Below are positions 56,859-64,000 of a DNA stretch of 64,000 bases, in pieces. How positions within the stretch are numbered: the first letter of the stretch is position 1; every line of letters begins with the position of its first letter. The position numbers and the translations under genes were made by a program. The stretch is taken from assembly GCA_963786375.1 (NCBI GenBank), contig CAWAYP010000010.1, positions 256,660 through 320,659 of the forward strand, written 5' to 3'. The notes beneath the pieces were generated by a model. That model saw nothing but the letters and a program-made list of their open reading frames with translations. It did no database searches and was not told the origin of the DNA. Source of the DNA: an uncultured Verrucomicrobiae bacterium (GTDB lineage Bacteria; Verrucomicrobiota; Verrucomicrobiia; Limisphaerales; UBA11358).

Positions 56859-56942
56859 TTCGACTGAACCCTGCTGCTGTCCCCGCCTCCAAAACGGTTT
56901 AACCGTCGAGCGTGTCTGAAAACCCGTGGCAGCCGGTATGAT

Positions 56943-57490
56943 TGAGCTTACGGCAATGGCGGGCCGACCTTGATGCGGAAGAATTGCGCCGGCAGCGTAC
57001 CCGCATTGGTGTCCGTCCACGAGAAGGGCATGGGCGGCGAGTTGGTGATCAAGAGCGTGCTCCAGCTCATCAGGTCCGAAGAAGCCTGCACGGCATAATC
57101 AGGTCCGGTCTGGCCGCTGACCTGAAATCCCAGCTGGCCGTTGTTTATCGTGACGGATGCCACCGACGGCAGGGTGAGGGGATTGACCGTGATGGTGAAG
57201 CTCTGCGTGGCGCTCAGGCTGGGCGAGCCATTGTCGGCGACCATCAGAGAAACGGGATTGACCGAGTTGGCGTTGGACACTGACGGGCGCCAGGAGAAGG
57301 CGCCGGTGTTGGTGTTCAACGTGGCACTGGCCGGCGCGCTCAACAGGCTGAAAGTCAGGGTTTGAGGCGGTTGATCAGTGTCGGTGGCGCTGGCGGTGAA
57401 GGCCACGGTTTGCCCCACATTGACGGTTTGATTGCTGATGGGCGCCAACTTCGGTGCAGTGTTGGCCGCCATAAAACTGGCGCTGACTTC
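56943..57490. repeat. about 550-bp direct repeat, copy A (3' end of the giant GH2 gene)
   Basis: It aligns base for base with 62871-63418. By eye roughly nine positions in ten are identical (not computed). Confidence 0.8.
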
Positions 57491-60400
57491 TGTGGAGTTG
57501 GCTCCCTCACCCGCCTGATTGAAAGATGAGACGACATAGTAATACGTTGTTCCATTGACTAGGCCGGTGTTGGTGAATGTGGTATCGGTCAGGTTGGTGA
57601 AAATAACCGTGTAGGAGCCCATGGAAACCAGTGACCGCTTGACATAATAACCGCTGGCATTCGCCACCGGGTTCCAATTCAGGACGACCTGTCCATTGCT
57701 TGCACTCGCGTTCAATCCTCCCGGGGCAGGAGGAATGGAAGTGACGGTCAGGATGAAATCGTCGTAAGCCGCCCAAGTGCCGCTGGTTTTGCCGCTATTT
57801 TTCGAGGTAACAAACGAGACGCCAATGTATTTCCCGGCATCGGCGGCGCCAGCGGTATAGGTGAGCGTGTAGGGCGTGTAGGTTCCGCCGGGCATGCCAT
57901 TGGCTTGAAGGGCAAGCTGGACGGTGCTGGCGTAAGCCGTATTGGTGGCGGTCGCCCGCAAGAGCGTGACGGTTTGCTTCGGATCACTGGCGTTGGTCCC
58001 TGCATAAGGGCCGGAACTGGTGCCGTTCCATTCGCCCTGCGACCACCAGGTGAGAGTGAACTGGTCGCCCGTCTGGATTAGATAATTGCCAACAAGCTGG
58101 TACGCGCCATCGTCGCTCGATTGTCCGTATCCCTCCCATGCACCGCTGTGGCCACCAGGCTGAACGCCGGTGTCGGTGTAAGTGGTTCCGGAATTGGCCC
58201 AGCCCGGAACGGTGGCATAGCCGTTTTGGATTTTTGCTGTGCCGGGCAGCTCAAATCCGGGATTGATCAGAAGGTTGGTGCTGACTATGGCCGTCGGCTT
58301 CGCGCTTACCCATCCACTGTTGGCGCTTTCACCGCTCGTGTTGAGCGCCGACACCTCGAAGTAATACGTTATGCCGTCCGTCAACCCCGTGTTAACAACG
58401 TTGGTGGTGGCGGTATTGGTCACCGTTGTGTAAGAGCCGCCACTGGTGGTCGAGCGTTTGATGTTGTAATTGGTTGCCCCCGAGGAGGCCATCCAGCTTA
58501 ATGATACTTGCCCATTGCCTGGTATGGCTGTGAGGCCCGTGGGCACGGCCGGCAAAGATGGATTCTGCGGCGTGGCGCTGACTTCCATTGAGTTGGCGCC
58601 GGTGCTGTTTCCATTGGCCGTGACCACATAATAATACGCGGTCAGATTGGTGACGTTGTTGTCGGTGTAACCACAATTGACCCCCCCAATGTTCCCGGCA
58701 ATGAGCGTGTAGGGGCCGCCGCTGGTCGTGGCCCGCCACAGGTTGTAGGTGGTCGCGCCCGGGACAATGTCCCAACTGACCGCCACCTGCCCGCTCCCTC
58801 CGACGGCCGCCACGCCGGTGGGGGCGGCCGGCGGCGGCAGGGTGGCCGCTTCGGTAATGGTGATATTGGTGGAAGTCAGACCCGGCGAGGTGGTGGCCAG
58901 CACAATGGAGCCGGGCTGGTTGGTGGATTGCACGATGACCTCGGCCAGACCGTTGAATACCATGCGCTGGCTGGCCTTGTCCGCTTCGTGCGAAATGGGA
59001 TTGCCGTTGCCCACGCCAATGATCGCGCCGCCGCTGATGGAAAAGGTGATGTTATTGGTTGCCGTCGGCACCACGTTGCCCTGCGCATCCAGCACTTGCA
59101 CCGCCACCACCGACACGTCCCGGCCATCGTCCAGAATCGTGCTCCGATCCGGCAGCAACGCGATTTTCGCCGGCGCGCCCGTCGTGACGACTGTATTGGT
59201 AATAACCGCCACATTGTTATTATAGCCGATGGCTTGAAGCGTCCCGGCGGCGTAAGTCACATTGTCCCATTCGACGTGGCCCTGCACAGTGAGCGTCTGT
59301 TTTCCCTGGCTGACGCCGTTGACGAACAATTCCACCGCCTGGCAATTGCCGTAGGCCCAGACGTTGATTTTCTGGCCCGTGGTCCAGTTCCAATGCGGAA
59401 AGACGTGGAGCACAGGTTTGAGCGTCCAGTTGGCCTGGTAGTAATAGAACAAATCCTTCGGGAAGCCGCAGGTGTCCATGATGCCAAAGTGCGAGTTGAT
59501 ACAAGGCCAGCTGTATGGTGTCGGCTCACCGCGATAATCGAACCCTGTCCAATTGAATCCACCCGAAGCCCACGGCCGGGCGGTGTAAATCTGCCACCAG
59601 GTTTCCGCCGTCTCACCCCAGCCAACCCCGGAATTCTGGATGTCGTAGGAGGCACAGTAACAATTGGCCGTGTCATTGGTATAGATGCCGCGCGTCGTGA
59701 CCGTGCTGCCCACTTCCGTGCCAATGATGGGTGCGGTCGGGTTGCCGGGATGGTAGGAGTCCAGGTTGCCCGGGATGTTGTAGTTGAGACCCTTCACGTC
59801 CAGCACGTACGCAAAAGTAACCCCCGACAATGAACCGTTGATGGCCGCGGTGCATAGCCGCGTGGAATCCAATGAATGCACCAGGTTTTGCATCGCCTGG
59901 ATGACGGCCGGGGCCAATGCACTGCTTTGCATGGTCCATTCCTCATTGCACAGCGACCAGCAAAAGACACTGGGATGGTTCCGGTCGCGCAGGACCATGC
60001 GTTGGAGCTGGCCCAATGATTCCGGGTCCGAACCCATGCGCCGCGTTTCGTCCAGCACCAACATGCCCAGCCGGTCACAGGCATCCAGCAGTTCCGCCGT
60101 CGGCGCGTTGTGCGAGGTGCGAATGGCATTGCACCCCATCTCCTTCAATTTCTCGATCCGGAAGTATTGCAGCCGGTCCGGCAGGGCCGAACCCACGCCG
60201 GCCATGTCCTGATGGTTGCACATCCCTTGAATCTCCACGTGCTGCCCGTTGATGAACACCCCGTTGGTCGAATCAAACCGTACCGTCCGAATGCCGAAGG
60301 GCGTGTTGTAAACGTCCGCTGCCACGTTCTGATTGCTGACCGTGGAAGCCAGATTGTACATATAAGGCGTCTGCAACGACCAGAGATTGGCGCTGGCCAC

Positions 60401-61351
60401 CGACACCGTTTGCGTCACAATCATTCCTTGGCCCGCCGCCAGGCTAAAGGGTGTCGTCGTGGCGACGACCGCGTTGCTGTTGGCGTCCTGGATGGTTGAA
60501 GTCAAGCTGCCATTGACCGTCGAGGAGCCGCCTTGGTTGGTTACCGTGGTTTGGATGGTCAGAGTGGCGTTGGAACCAACCAAGGAACTGGTGGCCACAA
60601 ACGTTCCCCAGTGATCCACATGCACTGGATCGCTTTTCTCCAGCCACACGTGGCGATAAATGCCCGCCCCTTCGTAAAACCAGCCTTCAAACCGGCTGGC
60701 ATCCACCCGCACCACCAGCACGTTGGTCCCGCCGGCGATCACATTGGTCGTCACGTCAAAGGATATGGGCGCGTACCCGCTGACGTCCCGCCCGATGCAC
60801 CGCCCGTTCAGCCAGATCAACGCGTTCCGATATATGCCGTCAAATTCCAGCCACATTGTCTTGCCCGCATCCCCCGCCGGCAATGTGAACGTGTGCCGAT
60901 ACCACGCAATCGTGTTCGTACTGGTCCCTCCGCTGAATCCGGCCTTGTAACCGTGATCCATAGCTGCGCCCGAACTGAAAGGCTGTTCCACCACCCAATC
61001 ATGCGGCAGATTGAGCTGGCGCCAGGTGCTGTCATTAAAACCGTTTGTCACATAAGACACGTTCTCCCCGGCGTGCGTCGCCACCGGATCGGGTCGGGAC
61101 GCCTCCAGTGTCACTTCGGCAGTAGGGTCTTGCAACTTGGTCAGGTCGCTGATTTCGGGATAGACGGTCACGTTCGTCGTGACATCCACCGGATCACCAA
61201 TCTGAAAGCGCCAGCCGGCATCCATCAGATCCCGTTCACGGGCGGCCGCAGTGGTAAGGGAAACACCGGCCAACAGTCCAAAAATGCTGAGATAGCCGGT
61301 TAATGTCAGAAACTTGCCGAGGTACAAGGCGCCTGATGGTGTTCGTTGCAT
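56948..61351 (-). CDS. giant secreted GH2 glycosidase with multiple Fn3, CBM-like and Ig/cadherin-like domains
   Basis: The N-terminal GH2 has WYRHTFTLPAGDAGKTMWLEFDGIYRNALIWLNGRCIG, CNHQDMAGVG and VFCWSLCNEE. It is followed by four Fn3-like units (P.AP.GL.A..G.GQV.L.W....GAT.Y...R). The C-terminal He_PIG-like plus FFRIKVGPPLP module is shared with 62877-64000. The start was chosen at MQRTPSG (the track ORF begins 29 codons earlier). Confidence 0.85.
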   Translation of the reverse strand: MQRTPSGALYLGKFLTLTGYLSIFGLLAGVSLTTAAARERDLMDAGWRFQIGDPVDVTTNVTVYPEISDLTKLQDPTAEVTLEASRPDPVATHAGENVSYVTNGFNDSTWRQLNLPHDWVVEQPFSSGAAMDHGYKAGFSGGTSTNTIAWYRHTFTLPAGDAGKTMWLEFDGIYRNALIWLNGRCIGRDVSGYAPISFDVTTNVIAGGTNVLVVRVDASRFEGWFYEGAGIYRHVWLEKSDPVHVDHWGTFVATSSLVGSNATLTIQTTVTNQGGSSTVNGSLTSTIQDANSNAVVATTTPFSLAAGQGMIVTQTVSVASANLWSLQTPYMYNLASTVSNQNVAADVYNTPFGIRTVRFDSTNGVFINGQHVEIQGMCNHQDMAGVGSALPDRLQYFRIEKLKEMGCNAIRTSHNAPTAELLDACDRLGMLVLDETRRMGSDPESLGQLQRMVLRDRNHPSVFCWSLCNEEWTMQSSALAPAVIQAMQNLVHSLDSTRLCTAAINGSLSGVTFAYVLDVKGLNYNIPGNLDSYHPGNPTAPIIGTEVGSTVTTRGIYTNDTANCYCASYDIQNSGVGWGETAETWWQIYTARPWASGGFNWTGFDYRGEPTPYSWPCINSHFGIMDTCGFPKDLFYYYQANWTLKPVLHVFPHWNWTTGQKINVWAYGNCQAVELFVNGVSQGKQTLTVQGHVEWDNVTYAAGTLQAIGYNNNVAVITNTVVTTGAPAKIALLPDRSTILDDGRDVSVVAVQVLDAQGNVVPTATNNITFSISGGAIIGVGNGNPISHEADKASQRMVFNGLAEVIVQSTNQPGSIVLATTSPGLTSTNITITEAATLPPPAAPTGVAAVGGSGQVAVSWDIVPGATTYNLWRATTSGGPYTLIAGNIGGVNCGYTDNNVTNLTAYYYVVTANGNSTGANSMEVSATPQNPSLPAVPTGLTAIPGNGQVSLSWMASSGATNYNIKRSTTSGGSYTTVTNTATTNVVNTGLTDGITYYFEVSALNTSGESANSGWVSAKPTAIVSTNLLINPGFELPGTAKIQNGYATVPGWANSGTTYTDTGVQPGGHSGAWEGYGQSSDDGAYQLVGNYLIQTGDQFTLTWWSQGEWNGTSSGPYAGTNASDPKQTVTLLRATATNTAYASTVQLALQANGMPGGTYTPYTLTYTAGAADAGKYIGVSFVTSKNSGKTSGTWAAYDDFILTVTSIPPAPGGLNASASNGQVVLNWNPVANASGYYVKRSLVSMGSYTVIFTNLTDTTFTNTGLVNGTTYYYVVSSFNQAGEGANSTEVSASFMAANTAPKLAPISNQTVNVGQTVAFTASATDTDQPPQTLTFSLLSAPASATLNTNTGAFSWRPSVSNANSVNPVSLMVADNGSPSLSATQSFTITVNPLTLPSVASVTINNGQLGFQVSGQTGPDYAVQASSDLMSWSTLLITNSPPMPFSWTDTNAGTLPAQFFRIKVGPPLP

Positions 61352-61579
61352 AGAATTTACTTCGCTTTTTGATGATAGTGATTCCCCCCAATGAGAACAT
61401 TTATAGGAGAATACGATATTTACAATTCGCTCTATCACTATAACTCATAACACCTTCAGAGTCAAGATGGATTTTATGATAAGTGTTTGCACTGAAACAG
61501 GTAAGACAACTAGAGTATTTTCTATTTAGATAGACGCATTTGGCCATTGGTGCTATTCTCTTTTCATGAAAAGGGAACT

Positions 61580-61960
61580 ATGCGGCCTTTGAGCCAGGAC
61601 TTACGACAGCGGATCATCGCCGCGCGAGAGCGCGGGGAGGGCACCGGCGACGTTTGCCAGCGTTTTGGCGTCAGCCGCAAAAGCGTGGAGCGTTTTTGGA
61701 AGCAGCACCATCTAACGGGCCAGTGCCGACCCCAAAAGATCGGCGGTTACCGGCGCTCCCGCTTGGAAAAGCATGACCGAACGCTGCGCCGCTGGATTGC
61801 AGCCCAGGCCGATCTGACGCTCAACGAACTCCAAAAGCGGTGTCTGGAGCAGTTGCATGTTTCCATTGGCATCACCGCTTTGTGGCATCGGCTAGAGCAA
61901 CTGGGCTTGAGCTATAAAAAAAACGACGCGCGCCGCCGAGCAAGATCGGCCGGACGTTAA
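61580..61960 (+). CDS. IS630 transposase, N-terminal HTH part (orfA)
   Basis: MRPLSQDLRQRIIAARERGEGTGDVCQRFGVSRKSVERFW....L.ELQ. It ends shortly after the AAAAAAAA run at 61915-61922. Confidence 0.8.
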   Translation: MRPLSQDLRQRIIAARERGEGTGDVCQRFGVSRKSVERFWKQHHLTGQCRPQKIGGYRRSRLEKHDRTLRRWIAAQADLTLNELQKRCLEQLHVSIGITALWHRLEQLGLSYKKNDARRRARSAGR

Positions 61961-62015
61961 AGCCGCTCGGAGACTTTGGCGCAGACAACAGCCCGACTGG
62001 GATGTTCGCCAACTG

Positions 62016-62522
62016 GTGTTTATCGATGAGACCGGCCTGAACACCAAGCTGGCCCGCGGTTACGGGCGCTGTCCGATTGGCCAACGTTGCCTCAGCACCA
62101 TCCCGCACGGTCACTGGCAAAGCTCCACCTTCATTGCCGCTTTGCGCCAGGAAAGCGTTGAAGCCCCCTTTTTGGTCGAAGGCCCCGTCGATGCCGAGGT
62201 GTTCACGGTTTATCTTGAGCAGGTGCTTGGTCCGCAACTGCGTGCAGGCGACACGCTCATCCTCGACAACCTTTCCACTCACAAAATCCAAAAGATCGGC
62301 CCGTTGCTCTCGGCTCGCGGAGTTGGCATTCGCTACCTGCCGCCTTACAGCCCTGATCTCAATCCCATTGAACTAGCTTTCGCCAAACTCAAGGCACACC
62401 TGCGCCACGCAGCGGCGCGGACCTTGGGTGAGCTTCATTCAGCCTTGGCCACGGCCTTGGACTCCTTCTCAGCTCAACATTGCCGGGGCTTCTTTCGTCA
62501 TGCCCGATATGCGTCTATCTAA
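62016..62522 (+). CDS. IS630 transposase, DDE catalytic part (orfB)
   Basis: VFIDETG, ILDNLSTHK and YLPPYSPDLNPIELAFAKLK form the DD(35)E motif set. The frame is open from the A8 run and would read KKKTTRAAEQDRPDVKAARRLW... if one A were removed. Confidence 0.8.
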   Translation: MFIDETGLNTKLARGYGRCPIGQRCLSTIPHGHWQSSTFIAALRQESVEAPFLVEGPVDAEVFTVYLEQVLGPQLRAGDTLILDNLSTHKIQKIGPLLSARGVGIRYLPPYSPDLNPIELAFAKLKAHLRHAAARTLGELHSALATALDSFSAQHCRGFFRHARYASI

Positions 62523-62870
62523 ATAGAAAATGCTCTAAATGGCCAGAGTGACAACCTGGAGTGCCCGGTATAAGAGTGAACTGACGTGGGACAGACAAAC
62601 CCAAATAGCTTTCAGGCTGCATCCGCCGGGCGAGGCGATAGACGCAGCGCAACCACCAGCGTCTTCCTCCCGCAGGGAGTGGAAGCAATGTCCCGGCGTC
62701 TTTTTAAAGAACCGGCGTATGAAGTCTCTGCAAACAAGGACACAGCGTAGCTGCGGCGCCCCCGCCGCCCTTGAAACAAGGCTTTTGAGGAACGTGACGA
62801 GGGCGTCGCATTTACTTTTCGGCGGCCGGGTGTCGCCGCCACACCGTTTTGCAGAGATTTCGCGTATCGC

Positions 62871-63418
62871 TTGAGCTTACGGCAATGGCGGGCCGACCTT
62901 GATGCGGAAGAACTGCGCCGGGAGCGTCGCCGCATTGGTGTCCGTCCACGAGAAGGGCATGGGCGGCGAGTTGGTGATCAAGAGCGTGCTCCAGTTCATC
63001 AGGTCCGCGGATGCCTGCACGGCATAGTCAGGTCCGGTCTGGCCGCTGACCTGAAATCCCAGTTGGCCGTTGTTCCAGACGACTGACGATACCGTCGGCA
63101 ACGTCAGCGGATTGACAGTGATGGTGAAGCTCTGCGTGGCGCTCAGGCTGGGCGAGCCACTGTCGGCGACCATCAGTGAAATGGGATTGACCGTGTTGGC
63201 GTTGGACACTGACGGGCGCCAGGAGAAGGCGCCGGTGTTGGTGTTCAACGTGGCGCTGGCTGGCGCGCTCAACAGGCTGAACGTCAGGGTTTGAGGCGGT
63301 TGATCAGTGTCGGTGGCGCTGGCGGTGAAGGCCACCGTCTGGCCCACATTGACGGTCTGATTGCTGATGGGCGCCAGTGTCGGCGCGGTGTTGACGGGAA
63401 GAAAACTGGCGCTGACGT
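62871..63418. repeat. about 550-bp direct repeat, copy B
   Basis: See 56943-57490. Confidence 0.8.
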
Positions 63419-64000
63419 TGTCAATCACGGAGGTGCATAACTCCGAATTGTTATGCGAGCACACCACCAAGCCGACATAGGCGCTGGCCATGCTGATGTT
63501 GGTCGGCGATCCAATCTGGGTCCAAGTATTGCCGTCGGCGGAATAATAGGCCGTGAAAGTGTTGTTGGTGCGGGTCAGCCGCACCCAACTGGGTGCGGCT
63601 CCATTGACTGTGCTGGAGGCCGCACTGGAGCCGGCACCGTTCCGCCAAATGAACTCGATCCCCGCGGTTGGTTCAACATCGACCATCGCAAAAGAAGAAT
63701 TAGCGGTGAGCGTTCGACGGATCATCACAGCGGCCTTGGCGTTGCCGGAAGTGTTTTGCACGCTTAAGACCTGGGCGCGGGTGTCGTAGTTGGTGCTGGC
63801 CGAAACATAATCATAGACAAACTGAAATGCGTCGGTGGTGTTCCAGATGTCCGCGCCGGAACCGGAGATGGTGAATTGTCCGCCACAGTAGGAAGCACTG
63901 CCCGGCAACCCCACCGCGCCAATGTCAGTGTTTAACCAGGGAGAGGGAGGAGCCCCGCCCGTCAAGGAGGCGCTGGCTTCAGCCGAGGGCAGGCTTTCGT
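62877..64000 (-). CDS. secreted protein with a LamG/DUF1349-like jelly-roll domain and the shared He_PIG + FFR C-terminal module (5' end outside window)
   Basis: The frame is open to the window edge. W.NTDIG..G.PGSASY.GGQFTISGSGADIW...DAFQFVY......D......V.....N.KAAVMIR matches the DUF1349/LamG pattern. The last roughly 175 residues are almost identical to the C-terminus of 56948-61351. Confidence 0.75.
   Translation of the reverse strand, partial: ESLPSAEASASLTGGAPPSPWLNTDIGAVGLPGSASYCGGQFTISGSGADIWNTTDAFQFVYDYVSASTNYDTRAQVLSVQNTSGNAKAAVMIRRTLTANSSFAMVDVEPTAGIEFIWRNGAGSSAASSTVNGAAPSWVRLTRTNNTFTAYYSADGNTWTQIGSPTNISMASAYVGLVVCSHNNSELCTSVIDNVSASFLPVNTAPTLAPISNQTVNVGQTVAFTASATDTDQPPQTLTFSLLSAPASATLNTNTGAFSWRPSVSNANTVNPISLMVADSGSPSLSATQSFTITVNPLTLPTVSSVVWNNGQLGFQVSGQTGPDYAVQASADLMNWSTLLITNSPPMPFSWTDTNAATLPAQFFRIKVGPPLP

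Larger units (their letters stand above)
61511..62537 (+). mobile_element. IS630/Tc1-mariner-family insertion sequence, apparently complete
   Basis: Terminal inverted repeats are TAGAGTATTTTCTATTTAGATAGACGCAT (left) and ATGCGTCTATCTAAATAGAAAATGCTCTA (right). A TA lies at both ends. The transposase is in two frames joined at an A8 run. Confidence 0.85.

Overview
64-kb window from a roughly 55-60% GC bacterium. The gene content looks PVC/Verrucomicrobiota-like: PEP-CTERM proteins, a prepilin-type FTLIELLVV protein, FG-GAP/VCBS repeats and many glycoside hydrolases. The taxon call is inference only.

Layout:
- (1) 1-4822: the end of an alternative-complex-III operon (ActE-like cytochrome c, ActF-like membrane subunit). 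It is translationally coupled to a cbb3-oxidase-like trio whose CcoN homologue lacks every canonical metal-ligand histidine.
- (2) 5369-7828: housekeeping genes pyrH, a phosphoribosyltransferase, mutM and tRNA-Asn(GTT).
- (3) 7808-23996: a 16.2-kb genomic island inserted in the 3' end of tRNA-Asn and bounded by a perfect 23-bp direct repeat.
  - It starts with a tyrosine integrase.
  - It carries what I read as a decayed integron: a truncated intI, attI with paired repeats and a TATAAT promoter, at least two intact cassettes with about 127-bp attC sites, an inverted attC copy, and a further cassette-like unit.
  - It also holds a PvuII-like type II R-M pair, PEP-CTERM and FG-GAP surface proteins, and many broken mobile-element genes (IS30, IS110, IS630, excisionase, SRAP, split integrase copies).
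  - An orphan promoter-to-terminator unit on the minus strand may be a small RNA.
- (4) 24556-33241: a frameshifted hybrid histidine kinase, a stray mutM fragment, and an AraC-controlled cluster. The cluster combines a GDP-mannose-3,5-epimerase-like enzyme, a GHMP sugar kinase, a tandem HxGH nucleotidyltransferase, a FucU/RbsD mutarotase and a FucP-like permease.
- (5) 33462-36080: an S1 protease and envelope proteins.
- (6) 36415-64000: a hemicellulose utilisation locus.
  - Enzymes: GH10, GPH symporter, GH3, GH43, GH95, a heavily frameshifted GH2, GH30, and a giant 1467-aa GH2.
  - Regulators and partners: ROK and AraC regulators, plus CBM-like and PEP-CTERM proteins.
  - An intact-looking IS630 element sits upstream of the giant GH2.
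  - A roughly 550-bp direct repeat brackets the giant GH2 and the IS.

All family calls come from motif recognition by eye. Nothing was searched or computed.
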